IMG/VR virus record: IMGVR_UViG_3300018476_000018
Location: 1-43,716 of that record
Strand: one strand, 5' to 3'
Source: a virus
Length of the DNA stretch: 43,716 nt
Shown here one piece after another: positions 6,162-14,551 of this stretch; within the stretch, counting starts at the first letter, position 1; every line of letters begins with the position of its first letter. The position numbers were made by a program, and so were the translations under genes. Below the pieces are notes generated by a model. The model made no database searches. It had not been told where the DNA came from and saw only the letters and a list, made by a program, of their open reading frames with translations.

Positions 6162-6626
6162 GCGAGAACCCACCCTCCGGCGCGAGCCCCGAAGAATGCG
6201 AGAACCCATCCGCGCGCGCGAGCCCACCGTTGTGCGAGAACCCAAAACCGTGCGCGAGCCCCCGCTCCGGCGAGAACCCTGTTGCACGCGCGAGAGCCCA
6301 CCCCCCGGCGAGAACCCCACCGAGAGCGCGAGCCCCTCCCGATAGCGAGAACCCGGCTGTGTGCGCGAGCCCTATGAACTGCGAGAACCCGATTGAGCGC
6401 GCGAGCCCCTTGTCGGGCGAGAACCCGAATGACTGCGCGAGCCCGCCTTGTCGCGAGAACCCTTCGTGGTGCGCGAGCCCTGCTGTGTCGCGAGAACCGA
6501 ACTGGCTGCGCGAGCCCGCCTGCCGGCGAGAACCCAGCCAACCGCGTGAGCCCTTATGCGCGCGAGAACCCACCGCCACGCGCGAGCCCTCTCGAAAGCG
6601 AGAACCCTGTTGGGTGCGCGAGTCCC
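6162..6626. repeat. Array of 26 direct 10-mers, GCGAGAACCC x13 alternating with GCGCGAGCCC x13, on an 18-bp phase with variable 8-bp spacers.
   Basis: Hand-indexed repeat starts: 6162, 6180, 6198, 6216, 6234, 6252, 6270, 6288, 6308, 6326, 6345, 6363, 6381, 6399, 6417, 6435, 6453, 6471, 6490, 6508, 6526, 6544, 6562, 6580, 6598, 6616. Of 25 intervals, 22 are exactly 18 bp. The array fills the whole gap between convergent genes. Confidence 0.95.
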
Positions 6627-6634
6627 TTGTGTCA

Positions 6635-6862
6635 TCAGCGCGGCGCGTGAAATCCCAGCGCCGGAAACCCGCCGCCGCCGATCGCCAGCGTCACCAGCCA
6701 GATCAGGGCCAAGAGAGCGATGATCAGCAGCCCAAACTTGTCGACCTGGGGCGGGATCGGCAGGCCGATATAGCGCAGCACCCAGAGGACCGCGAGAAAA
6801 ACGCCGGCAATCAACACGATCGCCAGCAATATCCACAATAGCCCGACGATCAGATTGCCCAT
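6635..6862 (-). CDS. Small integral membrane protein (75 aa, two hydrophobic helices).
   Basis: GAGGT lies 6 nt upstream of ATG 6862. Sequence MGNLIVGLLWILLAIVLIAGVFLAVLWVL...FGLLIIALLALIWLVTLAI. The overlapping plus-frame ORF is a charged antisense artefact. Confidence 0.7.
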   Translation of the reverse strand: MGNLIVGLLWILLAIVLIAGVFLAVLWVLRYIGLPIPPQVDKFGLLIIALLALIWLVTLAIGGGGFPALGFHAPR

Positions 6863-6884
6863 CGCTTTACCTCAATAGAGACCC

Positions 6885-7082
6885 GTGATAATGCCCGGCG
6901 AGGATGACCCGAACGAGCGAGAGCGCCAGCTAAGGATTGACCTGATGACCATCCAGATCGAGCGCCTGCGACAGGAGATCCGGACCGAGAACCGGAAGTT
7001 CCTGGTACAGGTCCTGATCGGAGTTGCGGCTGCGTTGGGCGTCGGCATTGCGATCGGGCGCTTTGTGCTGTTCCACGCGTGA
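6885..7082 (+). CDS. Coiled-coil protein with a C-terminal transmembrane anchor (63-65 aa).
   Basis: GTG at 6885 or ATG at 6891. ERERQLRIDLMTIQIERLRQEIRTENRK is followed by LVQVLIGVAAALGVGIAIGRFVLF. No clear Shine-Dalgarno. Confidence 0.45.
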   Translation: MIMPGEDDPNERERQLRIDLMTIQIERLRQEIRTENRKFLVQVLIGVAAALGVGIAIGRFVLFHA

Positions 7083-7207
7083 ACCATCTGGGCGCGATCG
7101 AGACGCAACTGACGGTGCTCAAGTGGATGGTGGCGACCGTGGTAGCGCTGCTGCTGCCGGCGCTGTGGCTATTGCTGCGCGTCGCCGGCAAGGTCGGGGC
7201 GCTCTAG
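7079..7207 (+). CDS. 42-aa membrane micro-protein.
   Basis: GTG 7079 overlaps the upstream stop (GTGA). Sequence (M)NHLGAIETQLTVLKWMVATVVALLLPALWLLLRVAGKVGAL. Confidence 0.35.
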   Translation: MNHLGAIETQLTVLKWMVATVVALLLPALWLLLRVAGKVGAL

Positions 7208-7221
7208 TGGATATAAGCGAT

Positions 7222-7305
7222 ATGTTGGTATTTATATGGCACAGCTTTCTTGTGTTTATTTTTCTGGTGTTAGCCGTGGGGTGGATGGGGTGGAAGAATA
7301 ATTAA
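7222..7305 (+). CDS. 27-aa membrane micro-protein in a locally AT-rich segment.
   Basis: Sequence MLVFIWHSFLVFIFLVLAVGWMGWKNN. An alternative GTG start at 7207 overlaps the previous stop. Its stop region converges on the stop of the minus-strand gene at 7302. Confidence 0.3.
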   Translation: MLVFIWHSFLVFIFLVLAVGWMGWKNN

Positions 7306-9044
7306 CGAAGCTCTTCGATATATTTGAGTAAGCCCGCCAGCGGATCAGCCGACGCGGGCTTCGGTTGAGCGGCTTGGCCGGCAAGTAGCCCGCTCAACAT
7401 AGGGGGTGTTCCGGTCGGCTGATCATGCAGGAAGTCGGTGATATAGCGCCGACCGCGGCCTGAGTAGAGCGCGCCGAGACCAGCCGCAGCGGCGCCCGTA
7501 CCAACCATAGCCAACGGATGCGCAAGGGCAGAACCAGCGACAAAGGGTGAGGCGACTACCGCCGAGCGGAAAGCGGTGCCGCTGTCGGGCACTGTGTCTC
7601 CGAGCAATGTCTTGCCCTGCTGGGCGTAGTCCTGCATCCGCGCTTGTCCAGCGGCGAATACTCGATGATCCAGCGATTTGTCCAACTCGCGCGTCGCCCG
7701 CAGAAGTTGGTTCGGCGTAGCAATGCCGGCATCGGTGCCGACATAGCTGGCCGCTTTCTGAAGCCGCTGAAAGTCGGCATAAGCATCGTGGATGCGCTGG
7801 AGTGCCTCGGCATGCTGCGGGTTGCTGCGCATCTGCAAATCACGCAACGACCCCTGCAGATCCATCAAGGTTCGCCCCAGTTCCCGGTCGGCCGGGATTG
7901 CCGAATGGATATTGTCCTGCGCCCGTCGCCCGATTTCGCTCTCGGCCGCACGGAAGGCTACGCCGTCGAGCACGCCGCCGGGGGTCAGCCGGTTGATCAC
8001 CTCGTTCTGGAAAACGTTGGTAAACTCACCCTGTTGCTCCGGGCGGAGCATGCGGGCTCGACCGTTGATCCGGTTCAGATCGGTGAGCGCAAATTGTGGG
8101 TCCACCGTCACGGTTAGATGCGGCGTGATCGCGTCGTAAGCCTCACCAAGTCGGGTCTGCCCCTCAGCGATAGCCGGGCTGCCAGTTGCCGTGTCGGGAT
8201 CTAGCCTGGAGCCGATACTCTCTAGGCGCGTGTTGAGCGGACTGCGAATAAATTGATCCATGGCATCGCGCCGGGCCGACCGTGCAAAATCCCCAAGCCA
8301 GGGGGCGCTTGCAAACCCCTGCTCAAAACGGTTGTAGCCGCCGCCGAGCAACTGCCCGATCGTCGGCGTTATCCCAGCGTCGTACATATCGGGGGTGAGC
8401 CGCTGCGCCACCCGGTTGCGAGCTGCGCCGGCTGCCATCTGGGCGGGGGCGGCCAAGAGACCGGGCGCTAGGCTGGCCGCCTCGCTCCAGCGGTCGCTGC
8501 CGGTGATGTCCTTGATAATGGGTCCGAGCGCGCCGGAGAGTCCGCTAAGCAATACGCCCGCGGGCCCGAACGGCGCTCCGGCCACAGCGCCCGTGAGAGC
8601 GCCCATGCCAGCGCGACCTTGGGGAGTTGTCGACTCGTATTCGGGCACGCCGCTCGCGGAAAAGACCGCATCGCCGGCTCGCCGAGCGATTTCAGTCGGC
8701 GGCGGGATGGTCGCCTGCGCCTGCTCGCCAGCCTCGATCTTTGCCAATTCGGGCGAAACGAGACGGCGCAGCCCAGCGAGCGGGTCGGACAGACTGCTCG
8801 CCAGGCCGGTGACCCCGCGCACGCCCGCCGTCATCATGGCGCGGCCGAAATCGTAGTTGGACATCTGCCCCGCCGCCGGCGGCAGCGCTGCCTTGCGCTG
8901 CTCCGCGGTCTTCGCGAGATCCGCAAGAGCAGCGGCATAGGGGCTATCGGGTGGGATCTGGTCGTCCGGGATGGTCACCGTGCCGCCGCTATCGGGTGGC
9001 GGCGCTCCCTTGAGCGCCTCCAGGGCATCGGTAAAGGCGCTCAT
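7302..9044 (-). CDS. Virion internal/ejection-protein candidate (580 aa).
   Basis: Last gene of the structural operon. ATGA-coupled to the 873-aa transglycosylase-bearing protein. Ala/Gly-rich with no recognised domain. Confidence 0.4.
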   Translation of the reverse strand: MSAFTDALEALKGAPPPDSGGTVTIPDDQIPPDSPYAAALADLAKTAEQRKAALPPAAGQMSNYDFGRAMMTAGVRGVTGLASSLSDPLAGLRRLVSPELAKIEAGEQAQATIPPPTEIARRAGDAVFSASGVPEYESTTPQGRAGMGALTGAVAGAPFGPAGVLLSGLSGALGPIIKDITGSDRWSEAASLAPGLLAAPAQMAAGAARNRVAQRLTPDMYDAGITPTIGQLLGGGYNRFEQGFASAPWLGDFARSARRDAMDQFIRSPLNTRLESIGSRLDPDTATGSPAIAEGQTRLGEAYDAITPHLTVTVDPQFALTDLNRINGRARMLRPEQQGEFTNVFQNEVINRLTPGGVLDGVAFRAAESEIGRRAQDNIHSAIPADRELGRTLMDLQGSLRDLQMRSNPQHAEALQRIHDAYADFQRLQKAASYVGTDAGIATPNQLLRATRELDKSLDHRVFAAGQARMQDYAQQGKTLLGDTVPDSGTAFRSAVVASPFVAGSALAHPLAMVGTGAAAAGLGALYSGRGRRYITDFLHDQPTGTPPMLSGLLAGQAAQPKPASADPLAGLLKYIEELR

Positions 9045-11662
9045 TGTATGCCGAACCCGCCGTGCTGCTCGATGAACTGGAGCTGTTTACCGATGGTCTC
9101 CAGCTCCCGCTTGCCTTGTGCGGTTTTTTGCAGGGTGCTGATCAGGCTGTCGCGATCGTCGGGGGCCAGCTTGGCAAAGACGAATGCGTAAGGACTGACG
9201 TTCTGCCGCCACCAGCTATCGAATTTCTCGGCGCCGCCGGGGGTCTCCATCTGGGTAGCGTTGCCGCGAGCGATATCGTGGTCCTGCAAGCCGATCATGC
9301 GGTTGGTGATTTTATACAGCCCTCCCTCGGATTTAGAGGGGATCGGCATGCTGTCCATCGCCATGCGGGTCTGTACAAAGGACGGGTTCGGATCGCTGGC
9401 CCTTACCGCCTTGCGCACCAGTTCGTTGGCCTGCGACGCCATGTCTTCATAGGCTTTGACCTGGCCGCTGAAACCGGGGGCGATCGTGTTGAGGTAGAGA
9501 GCGGCATTCTGCGCGTAATCGGCAAACGGCCCGGTGACGACCTTGCCGATCTCGCCGGAAATACCCTGCAATGTCGTCTTGGCACTTTGGGCGGCGTTGG
9601 CCGCTTCTTGGTAGCTGTTAATACGGGTCTGGGTGTTGGTGGCGGCCGACTCCTGCGTCTTGACTTGTCCCGGCGTATAGCCACCGCTAACGCGCACGCT
9701 GCCATCAGGCTGGATAGCCACATTATCCGGAAGGGCTTGCCCGCGCATTTTGGCGTTTTGGTAGCGCGATGCGCCGACTGAGCCGGGCGGGTAGACAACC
9801 GTGTCGGTGGGACCGATGTGTTGCGGAGCCCCGGCGGCTGTCTCCTGCTCTGCCTGCCCGGGCCGGTAATACGGCGTCGCGGCAATGTCGCCAGGGCGGG
9901 GAGCCGTGTCGCCGCGGGCCGCGCGCGCTGCTTGCTCGGCGCGTTTTTGCGTCAATTCAAGTTGCGTCATCTTCTGAACGACGATTTTCCCGTCAAGACC
10001 GATGACTGGCGCCTCTTGCGTGGAGGTTTGGGCGGCACCTATTTGCTCCAACTGTTTAGAGTAGCGGTCGATTTGCGCTTTGCGCTCCGCCTCGTTGATA
10101 TTCGGATCGATCTTTGCCCAAGCGATAGCCGCTTCCAGTTTCGGCTTAAGCTCAAGCTCCACGTTAAGCTCACCGCGCTTTGTGGCCCCGGCCGCCTCCC
10201 CCAGATACGCCGGCGACTTGTAGTAGGTCTCCAACAGTGAGTTAAACGGGTCGCCCAGCCCGCCCATTTTGGTCAATGCGTTGAGCGCACCCAGTTGCTG
10301 CGCCGTCAGGCCAATGCCGGGGATGACGCCACCGGACGGGGTTGCCAGCGCCGCCCCGGCGCCGGCCGGGGTTGCCAGAGGAGCGGCGCCGCCACCGGAG
10401 CCGCCGCCGTCCCCCATTGGACCCGACCAGCCGACAGCGCGTGCCAGTGCGCGGTTGTAAGGCGCCCAATCGGCAAGGCCCCGCTTGTCGTACAGCGCTT
10501 CCGCCGCCAGTTGTTGGACCTCGCGCGGCGCGTCGATCGCTCTCGGGTATTTTGCCGTGTCGATACCAGCCATACCGGCGGCAGATCGCCAGGTTGAGTC
10601 GATCATCTGTCGGTAGCCGCTGGCCGACGACGGCCCGGTTACCCGCCCGACGCTCGGGTTGTAGCCGCCTTGTGGCCCAACAACCTGTTGCTCGATGTTG
10701 CGGCCGCCGCTTTCGTATTTCTCAACCAGCGCCAGGTCCCGCTCTCGTTTCGCGAGGTACTCCGGACTGTGAGTGTCGCCGCCGCTGCCGACCTCATCTC
10801 CACCCGCGCCAGGGATTTGGCCAAAAGGGGGCGCCCCCGTATAGCTTGCCTGCAGCAGACCGCCGGGTCTGCTACCCTGGCGGATCAGTTCGTCGGGCGG
10901 CGGCAGGCTTGACCCCGACGCGCCATCGCCCAATCGCCCCGCCAGAGCCAGAACGCCGCGGTAACGGTCATCGAGACTGGCGCCGGCCGCCGGATCGTCG
11001 GGCGTCGGAGTGCTTCCAGCGTCTGGTGGTGGATTAGGAACGCCGTAATCAGCGGGAGTGATCCGCCCGCCGGGCGGGGCGGGCGGTATCGGCAGCAGTG
11101 CCGGTGGCGCAGCGGGGGCGGCAGGACGCAAGCCGGTATACGGGGAAAGGCTTTGCCTGGGCGGGTTGCCGTAAATACTGGGGATAGGAGGTATGGCAAA
11201 CATCGCCCCCGCTGGAGCGGCTGGCGCCGCCGGGGCGGCTGGCGCGGTATCAGGGACCGCCGGAGATGCTGGCAGCGCAGCGGCTGGGATAGCAGGCACG
11301 CCCCCCGGCGCTGGCGCGCTTGCGCCCCCAGTGCCGCTGAGGCCCGCTAGACGCAACAGGAGCGGCGATATTTGTTCGTTGAGCGCCATTTTCTGGCGCA
11401 GAGCTTTTATCTCCTGCGCCGTCATCCCGGCCTTCAGCAATGAGAGCGCCGCCTCATCACGGCCGGAACCCATCGCCGCAGCGGCCTTGCCGAGCGCCGC
11501 GCCGAGCGGTATCGGGAGGCGGCTTGGCATTGCCGCGTCGGCAAAGGCGCCGGCCATGGAGAGCAGACCCCGGCTCGACAACTGGTCACGCTGCTGCGGC
11601 GTCAGCAGGTCGTCGTAAAGCCCGCCGCCGCCGCTGAGCAGGCCGCCGAGGAAGTCTGCCAT
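9041..11662 (-). CDS. Internal virion protein with a lysozyme-like/lytic-transglycosylase domain (873 aa).
   Basis: Residues ~310-410 (about 10430-10760) read LVEKYESGGRNIEQQ...SGYRQMIDSTW...ALYDKRGLADWAPYN, which resembles the E-S...GL/YxQ...Y pattern of SLT-type muramidases. Long Pro/Ala-rich linker (aa ~115-230). Size and position fit podovirus ejection proteins. Confidence 0.6.
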   Translation of the reverse strand: MADFLGGLLSGGGGLYDDLLTPQQRDQLSSRGLLSMAGAFADAAMPSRLPIPLGAALGKAAAAMGSGRDEAALSLLKAGMTAQEIKALRQKMALNEQISPLLLRLAGLSGTGGASAPAPGGVPAIPAAALPASPAVPDTAPAAPAAPAAPAGAMFAIPPIPSIYGNPPRQSLSPYTGLRPAAPAAPPALLPIPPAPPGGRITPADYGVPNPPPDAGSTPTPDDPAAGASLDDRYRGVLALAGRLGDGASGSSLPPPDELIRQGSRPGGLLQASYTGAPPFGQIPGAGGDEVGSGGDTHSPEYLAKRERDLALVEKYESGGRNIEQQVVGPQGGYNPSVGRVTGPSSASGYRQMIDSTWRSAAGMAGIDTAKYPRAIDAPREVQQLAAEALYDKRGLADWAPYNRALARAVGWSGPMGDGGGSGGGAAPLATPAGAGAALATPSGGVIPGIGLTAQQLGALNALTKMGGLGDPFNSLLETYYKSPAYLGEAAGATKRGELNVELELKPKLEAAIAWAKIDPNINEAERKAQIDRYSKQLEQIGAAQTSTQEAPVIGLDGKIVVQKMTQLELTQKRAEQAARAARGDTAPRPGDIAATPYYRPGQAEQETAAGAPQHIGPTDTVVYPPGSVGASRYQNAKMRGQALPDNVAIQPDGSVRVSGGYTPGQVKTQESAATNTQTRINSYQEAANAAQSAKTTLQGISGEIGKVVTGPFADYAQNAALYLNTIAPGFSGQVKAYEDMASQANELVRKAVRASDPNPSFVQTRMAMDSMPIPSKSEGGLYKITNRMIGLQDHDIARGNATQMETPGGAEKFDSWWRQNVSPYAFVFAKLAPDDRDSLISTLQKTAQGKRELETIGKQLQFIEQHGGFGIQ

Positions 11663-11678
11663 AGGTTAGTTTCCCTTA

Positions 11679-12029
11679 CTACTTGCGCTTGTCGTCCGCC
11701 GCTGCGGTGGCGGGAGCGGGAGCCGCTGGGGCGGGCGTTGCCGGGTGCTGCGCCGCTTGCTGTTGCCTGCGAGCAGCAGCCTGCTGCTGCCGTTTTGCCG
11801 CCTCTTCTTCATACTTGACGCGGTTCTCTTCCTTTTTACGCGCTATCTCAGCCTCGGCCTTGGCGCGGTCTTCAGGCGACATGGCCGCAAGCTTAGTCGC
11901 CTCTTCCTGCTGGCGCGCCGTCATCCCCATAGCAGCCGGTCTGATAGCTTCAAATTTTGCTATCTCGCTTTCCGGCAGGGAGGCTTCCAGGTTCATCGCG
12001 TAATCCAGCACTGCACCAAAATCAGACAT
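11679..12029 (-). CDS. Hypothetical protein (116 aa), charged coiled coil with an Ala/Pro-rich tail.
   Basis: GGAGGAG Shine-Dalgarno upstream of ATG 12029. No domain recognised. Confidence 0.6.
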   Translation of the reverse strand: MSDFGAVLDYAMNLEASLPESEIAKFEAIRPAAMGMTARQQEEATKLAAMSPEDRAKAEAEIARKKEENRVKYEEEAAKRQQQAAARRQQQAAQHPATPAPAAPAPATAAADDKRK

Positions 12030-12051
12030 GGTCTTCTCCTCCGGGTTAGGC

Positions 12052-12174
12052 TTACTTGCCCTTGCGTTTAGTCGCCGTGAGCGACTTCAGGTCATTCTTT
12101 TTCATCAGCGCGACCATCCCTTTCTCTAGGGGGGTGTTCGGCGGATGACCTTTCGGCTTCGCTTTCGCTTTCAT
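12052..12174 (-). CDS. 40-aa basic micro-protein.
   Basis: ATG 12174 overlaps the upstream stop (ATGA). Sequence MKAKAKPKGHPPNTPLEKGMVALMKKNDLKSLTATKRKGK. Below the ORF-track cut-off. Confidence 0.4.
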   Translation of the reverse strand: MKAKAKPKGHPPNTPLEKGMVALMKKNDLKSLTATKRKGK

Positions 12175-12407
12175 TGATGGGCCTCTTCCAACAGCCTGCG
12201 AACGACCTCGCACGTCTCTATAACGGACAGCACCCGCCCGTCGGCCAGCCAGACGGCGCAGCGCGCCGCCGGGTTTGCTACTATGTTTCTGCCGGGCGTA
12301 GCGGCCGCATGCATGCTGGTGATCTGGGGGCCGGCGACAAGCACCTCGCCGCCATCGGCCCGGTGCAGCAACACCATAGCCAGCCCGGTGACCAGCAAGA
12401 GGTCCAC
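12171..12407 (-). CDS. Hypothetical protein (about 68-78 aa).
   Basis: GTG start at 12407 or an internal ATG at 12377. Its stop is coupled to the next micro-ORF. Confidence 0.45.
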   Translation of the reverse strand: MDLLLVTGLAMVLLHRADGGEVLVAGPQITSMHAAATPGRNIVANPAARCAVWLADGRVLSVIETCEVVRRLLEEAHQ

Positions 12408-12426
12408 CCTTTAGGTCCCGATGGCA

Positions 12427-13200
12427 TCAGGGGACGCCTTCCAGGGCTTCGAGGCGGGTAGCTAATTCAGCGATGGCTGTGACGCACAGCCAGATCAAAT
12501 GCCCCGGCTGCAGGCTCGGCACGTCGTCGCCCTCGGCTTCCAGCATCTCCGGCACGACTGCCGCCGCCTCGCTCGCCACGAGGCCGTAGCGGGTGTGCTC
12601 GCCGACGACAAAGCTCACCGGGCGGAGTTGCCGCAGCTCGGCGAGACCGGCGGTATAGGGCTGCACTTCAGTTGTCGCGCTGGCCGCGTGGGTTAGGTAA
12701 ACCGCGGCGGTAACGCTGCCGCCAGCGTAGATGTCGTTATTGCAAGTGAGCGCACCGACCGTGGCAATGTTGGGCACCGAGAGAGAACTGGCCTGCAAGA
12801 AACCGGTGGTGACGCTGCCGAGAATGGTGGCGCCGCCCTGGACGTTTAGACTGCCGGTGGTGCCGAGCCCGCCCGCGGTCACCGTGCCCGATATTGACGC
12901 CGCCCCCAGCGAGGACAGACTGCCGCCGAGGATGGCCCCCGACGCGGTGATGCCGCCAATGGTGCTGATGCCGGCGACGGAGTTTACCGTCAGCCCGCCA
13001 GTCATCCCGCCGCCGGTCGAGCTTACGTATGGCAGGGCGAGCGAGCCGTCGAGTACGTCGTCATACCAGCGCCGGATCGCCCCCATCATGGCCCGGGCGG
13101 AGTTGTTAACCATCGAATTTTGCATGAACTCCGGCCAGCCATCCGGCGGCGCCGCCGTATTGCTTTCATCGATCGGCGACCACGCTGAGATGTCTGCCAT
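12427..13200 (-). CDS. Tail fibre protein with a C-terminal intramolecular-chaperone-like (peptidase S74-like) module.
   Basis: Gly/Ser/Thr-rich repetitive middle section. The C-terminus LRPVSFVVGEHTRYGLVASEAAAVVPEML...LIWLCVTAIAELATRLEALE resembles the endosialidase-chaperone domain. The N-terminal ...PPDGWPEFMQNSMVNNSARAMMGAIRRWYDD resembles fibre anchor regions. Confidence 0.55.
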   Translation of the reverse strand: MADISAWSPIDESNTAAPPDGWPEFMQNSMVNNSARAMMGAIRRWYDDVLDGSLALPYVSSTGGGMTGGLTVNSVAGISTIGGITASGAILGGSLSSLGAASISGTVTAGGLGTTGSLNVQGGATILGSVTTGFLQASSLSVPNIATVGALTCNNDIYAGGSVTAAVYLTHAASATTEVQPYTAGLAELRQLRPVSFVVGEHTRYGLVASEAAAVVPEMLEAEGDDVPSLQPGHLIWLCVTAIAELATRLEALEGVP

Positions 13201-13219
13201 GCCTATCGCCTCGATTTAA

Positions 13220-14551
13220 TTAAAGGGCTGGCAGCAAGCCCAGCCAAGACAACAGCCCCGGGCTTGCGGCAGCCGCCGTCTCGCCAATCCCCGCCGAGAA
13301 ATCGGCGGCGGTAAGGCCGGCGCCCGCCCCGCCAAACAGCCCGCCCAGCAACCCGCCGCTGCTGCCACTGCCGCCGAACAGTTGCTGACCGATCCCCAGC
13401 GTGCCGGCGACGCCGCTCAGCGCATTGGCAAACTGGTTCTGGAAATACGGCGACTGCGTGGTCCCCGACCCGGTGGTCGGCTGCCCGATCGAGCCCAGGT
13501 ATTTGCTGAGCGTGTCCCACGGCGCGTTCTGCTCGCCATAATACCTTTTCATCTGGTCGCTGATCTCGGCTTGGGTCATCGCCGTCAGCCCCTGCCCGGC
13601 TTCCAGTGCCGATCGCGCCGGGATGAACTGCGCCTGGGCAAATTGCGGGTATTGGCCCAGCGCCTGGAGGGCGGCGGCATTGCCTGACTGGTAGCCGCCC
13701 TGCAGCCCGGTCGCACCGTATTGCTGGCTCGCCATCAGGTTGTTGAGCGCCTGCCCGGAGAGCCCCAAGCCCTGGTTGTAGAGGTTGCCGTAGCCTTGCC
13801 CGGCCTGGTTCTGCAGCCCGGCATATTGATACGCCGCAGCATCCTGCCGGGCGCGCTCGTTGCTGTAGTTCTGGCCGTAGAGGCCGGCCGACTGATCGGC
13901 GAGCGTCTTGCCGAGGTTCTGTTCGTTGGTGGACCGCAGGCCGGCCATCGCGCCGGAGCCGTAGCGGCCGGCATTGGCGAAGTTGTAATCGGCCTGCGGC
14001 GCGGTCGCGGTCTGGTAATTGCGCGTTACCGGGTCCGCCGCCGCCTGCACCATGGCGGACAGATACGGGTTGCTGTTGAGATAGTAGCCGCTGGCCGCCT
14101 GCCCCAATTGCTGCATGCCAGGCCCCTGGCCTTGCGCGACACCGCCCAGCGCGGAGAGACCGAGATTGCCGCCGCCGGCGCTGTTCGCCAGCGCACCAAG
14201 TTGTTGCTGGTAGGGGTTGGTGCCCGCCATAAACTGCTGGTAGGCGCCGTAAGCCGGGGAGTTGTTGACCCCATAGCCGCCGCTGATCGCGGTGTTGTAG
14301 GCGTTGGTAGCGTTGGGCTGCAGCCCCTGCGCGACACCGCCGGCGCCGGTATTGTAGATGTCCTGGTAGCCCTGCTGCACCGCCGGGTTCCACGGTGCCA
14401 TGGTGGCGCCGGGGTAGTACGGCATGACCGGCTGGGCATTGTAGAGCGACTGCGCCGAGCCCCACCCCTGCTGCAAGTACGGGAGCTGCGCCGCCTGCGT
14501 CGGGTTGATGGTGGTCTGGGTGGTGGTGCCGGCGGGCTTTGAACCTTTCAT
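13220..14551 (-). CDS. Gln/Gly/Asn/Tyr-rich virion protein (443 aa), internal or ejection-protein candidate.
   Basis: Low-complexity composition with a Gly-rich hydrophobic C-terminus. Located in the tail/internal-protein block. The overlapping 13203..14465 ORF is an Arg-rich alternate-frame artefact. Confidence 0.5.
   Translation of the reverse strand: MKGSKPAGTTTQTTINPTQAAQLPYLQQGWGSAQSLYNAQPVMPYYPGATMAPWNPAVQQGYQDIYNTGAGGVAQGLQPNATNAYNTAISGGYGVNNSPAYGAYQQFMAGTNPYQQQLGALANSAGGGNLGLSALGGVAQGQGPGMQQLGQAASGYYLNSNPYLSAMVQAAADPVTRNYQTATAPQADYNFANAGRYGSGAMAGLRSTNEQNLGKTLADQSAGLYGQNYSNERARQDAAAYQYAGLQNQAGQGYGNLYNQGLGLSGQALNNLMASQQYGATGLQGGYQSGNAAALQALGQYPQFAQAQFIPARSALEAGQGLTAMTQAEISDQMKRYYGEQNAPWDTLSKYLGSIGQPTTGSGTTQSPYFQNQFANALSGVAGTLGIGQQLFGGSGSSGGLLGGLFGGAGAGLTAADFSAGIGETAAAASPGLLSWLGLLPAL

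Noticed and set aside
6162-6626. CRISPR array interpretation of the repeat/spacer array.
   Set aside because: Repeats are only 10 bp and spacers 8 bp, whereas real arrays use roughly 23-50 bp repeats and 26-70 bp spacers. Two repeat variants alternate strictly. There is no leader and no cas gene. It was kept as an unexplained repeat, not a CRISPR.
5719-6841. Long ORFs in all six frames across the array (5719..6579-, 5813..6541-, 6372..6836-, 6095..6841+, 5925..6377+, 6393..6650+), possibly a repeat protein.
   Set aside because: They exist only because the GC-rich repeat lacks stop codons. The three indels in the array (intervals of 20, 19 and 19 bp) shift the peptide repeat from frame to frame. 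The 10-mers are invariant even at wobble positions while the spacers are free. No ORF has a plausible start or Shine-Dalgarno, and several begin inside the neighbouring real genes.
12171-12407. FlbD-like (flagellar) similarity of the 78-aa protein (L.R.DG.EV.V....I......L.DGR.L.V.ET.E.V).
   Set aside because: The match depends on an unaligned insertion and on generic beta-hairpin residues. There is no flagellar context, so it is probably chance.
13203-14465. Large Arg/Pro/Ala-rich alternate-frame or antisense ORFs. Examples: 13203..14465-, 13721..14542+, 211..750-, 481..1128+, 21793..22539+, 22789..23604+, 24414..25934+, 31762..33423+, 34041..34967+, 36927..38036+, 37583..38362+, 38076..38850+, 40880..41527-, 42825..43526+.
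   Set aside because: Their composition is typical of out-of-frame translation in GC-rich DNA (R, P, A and G dominated, no hydrophobic core). Each fully overlaps a gene with a recognisable domain or with operon-consistent start/stop coupling.
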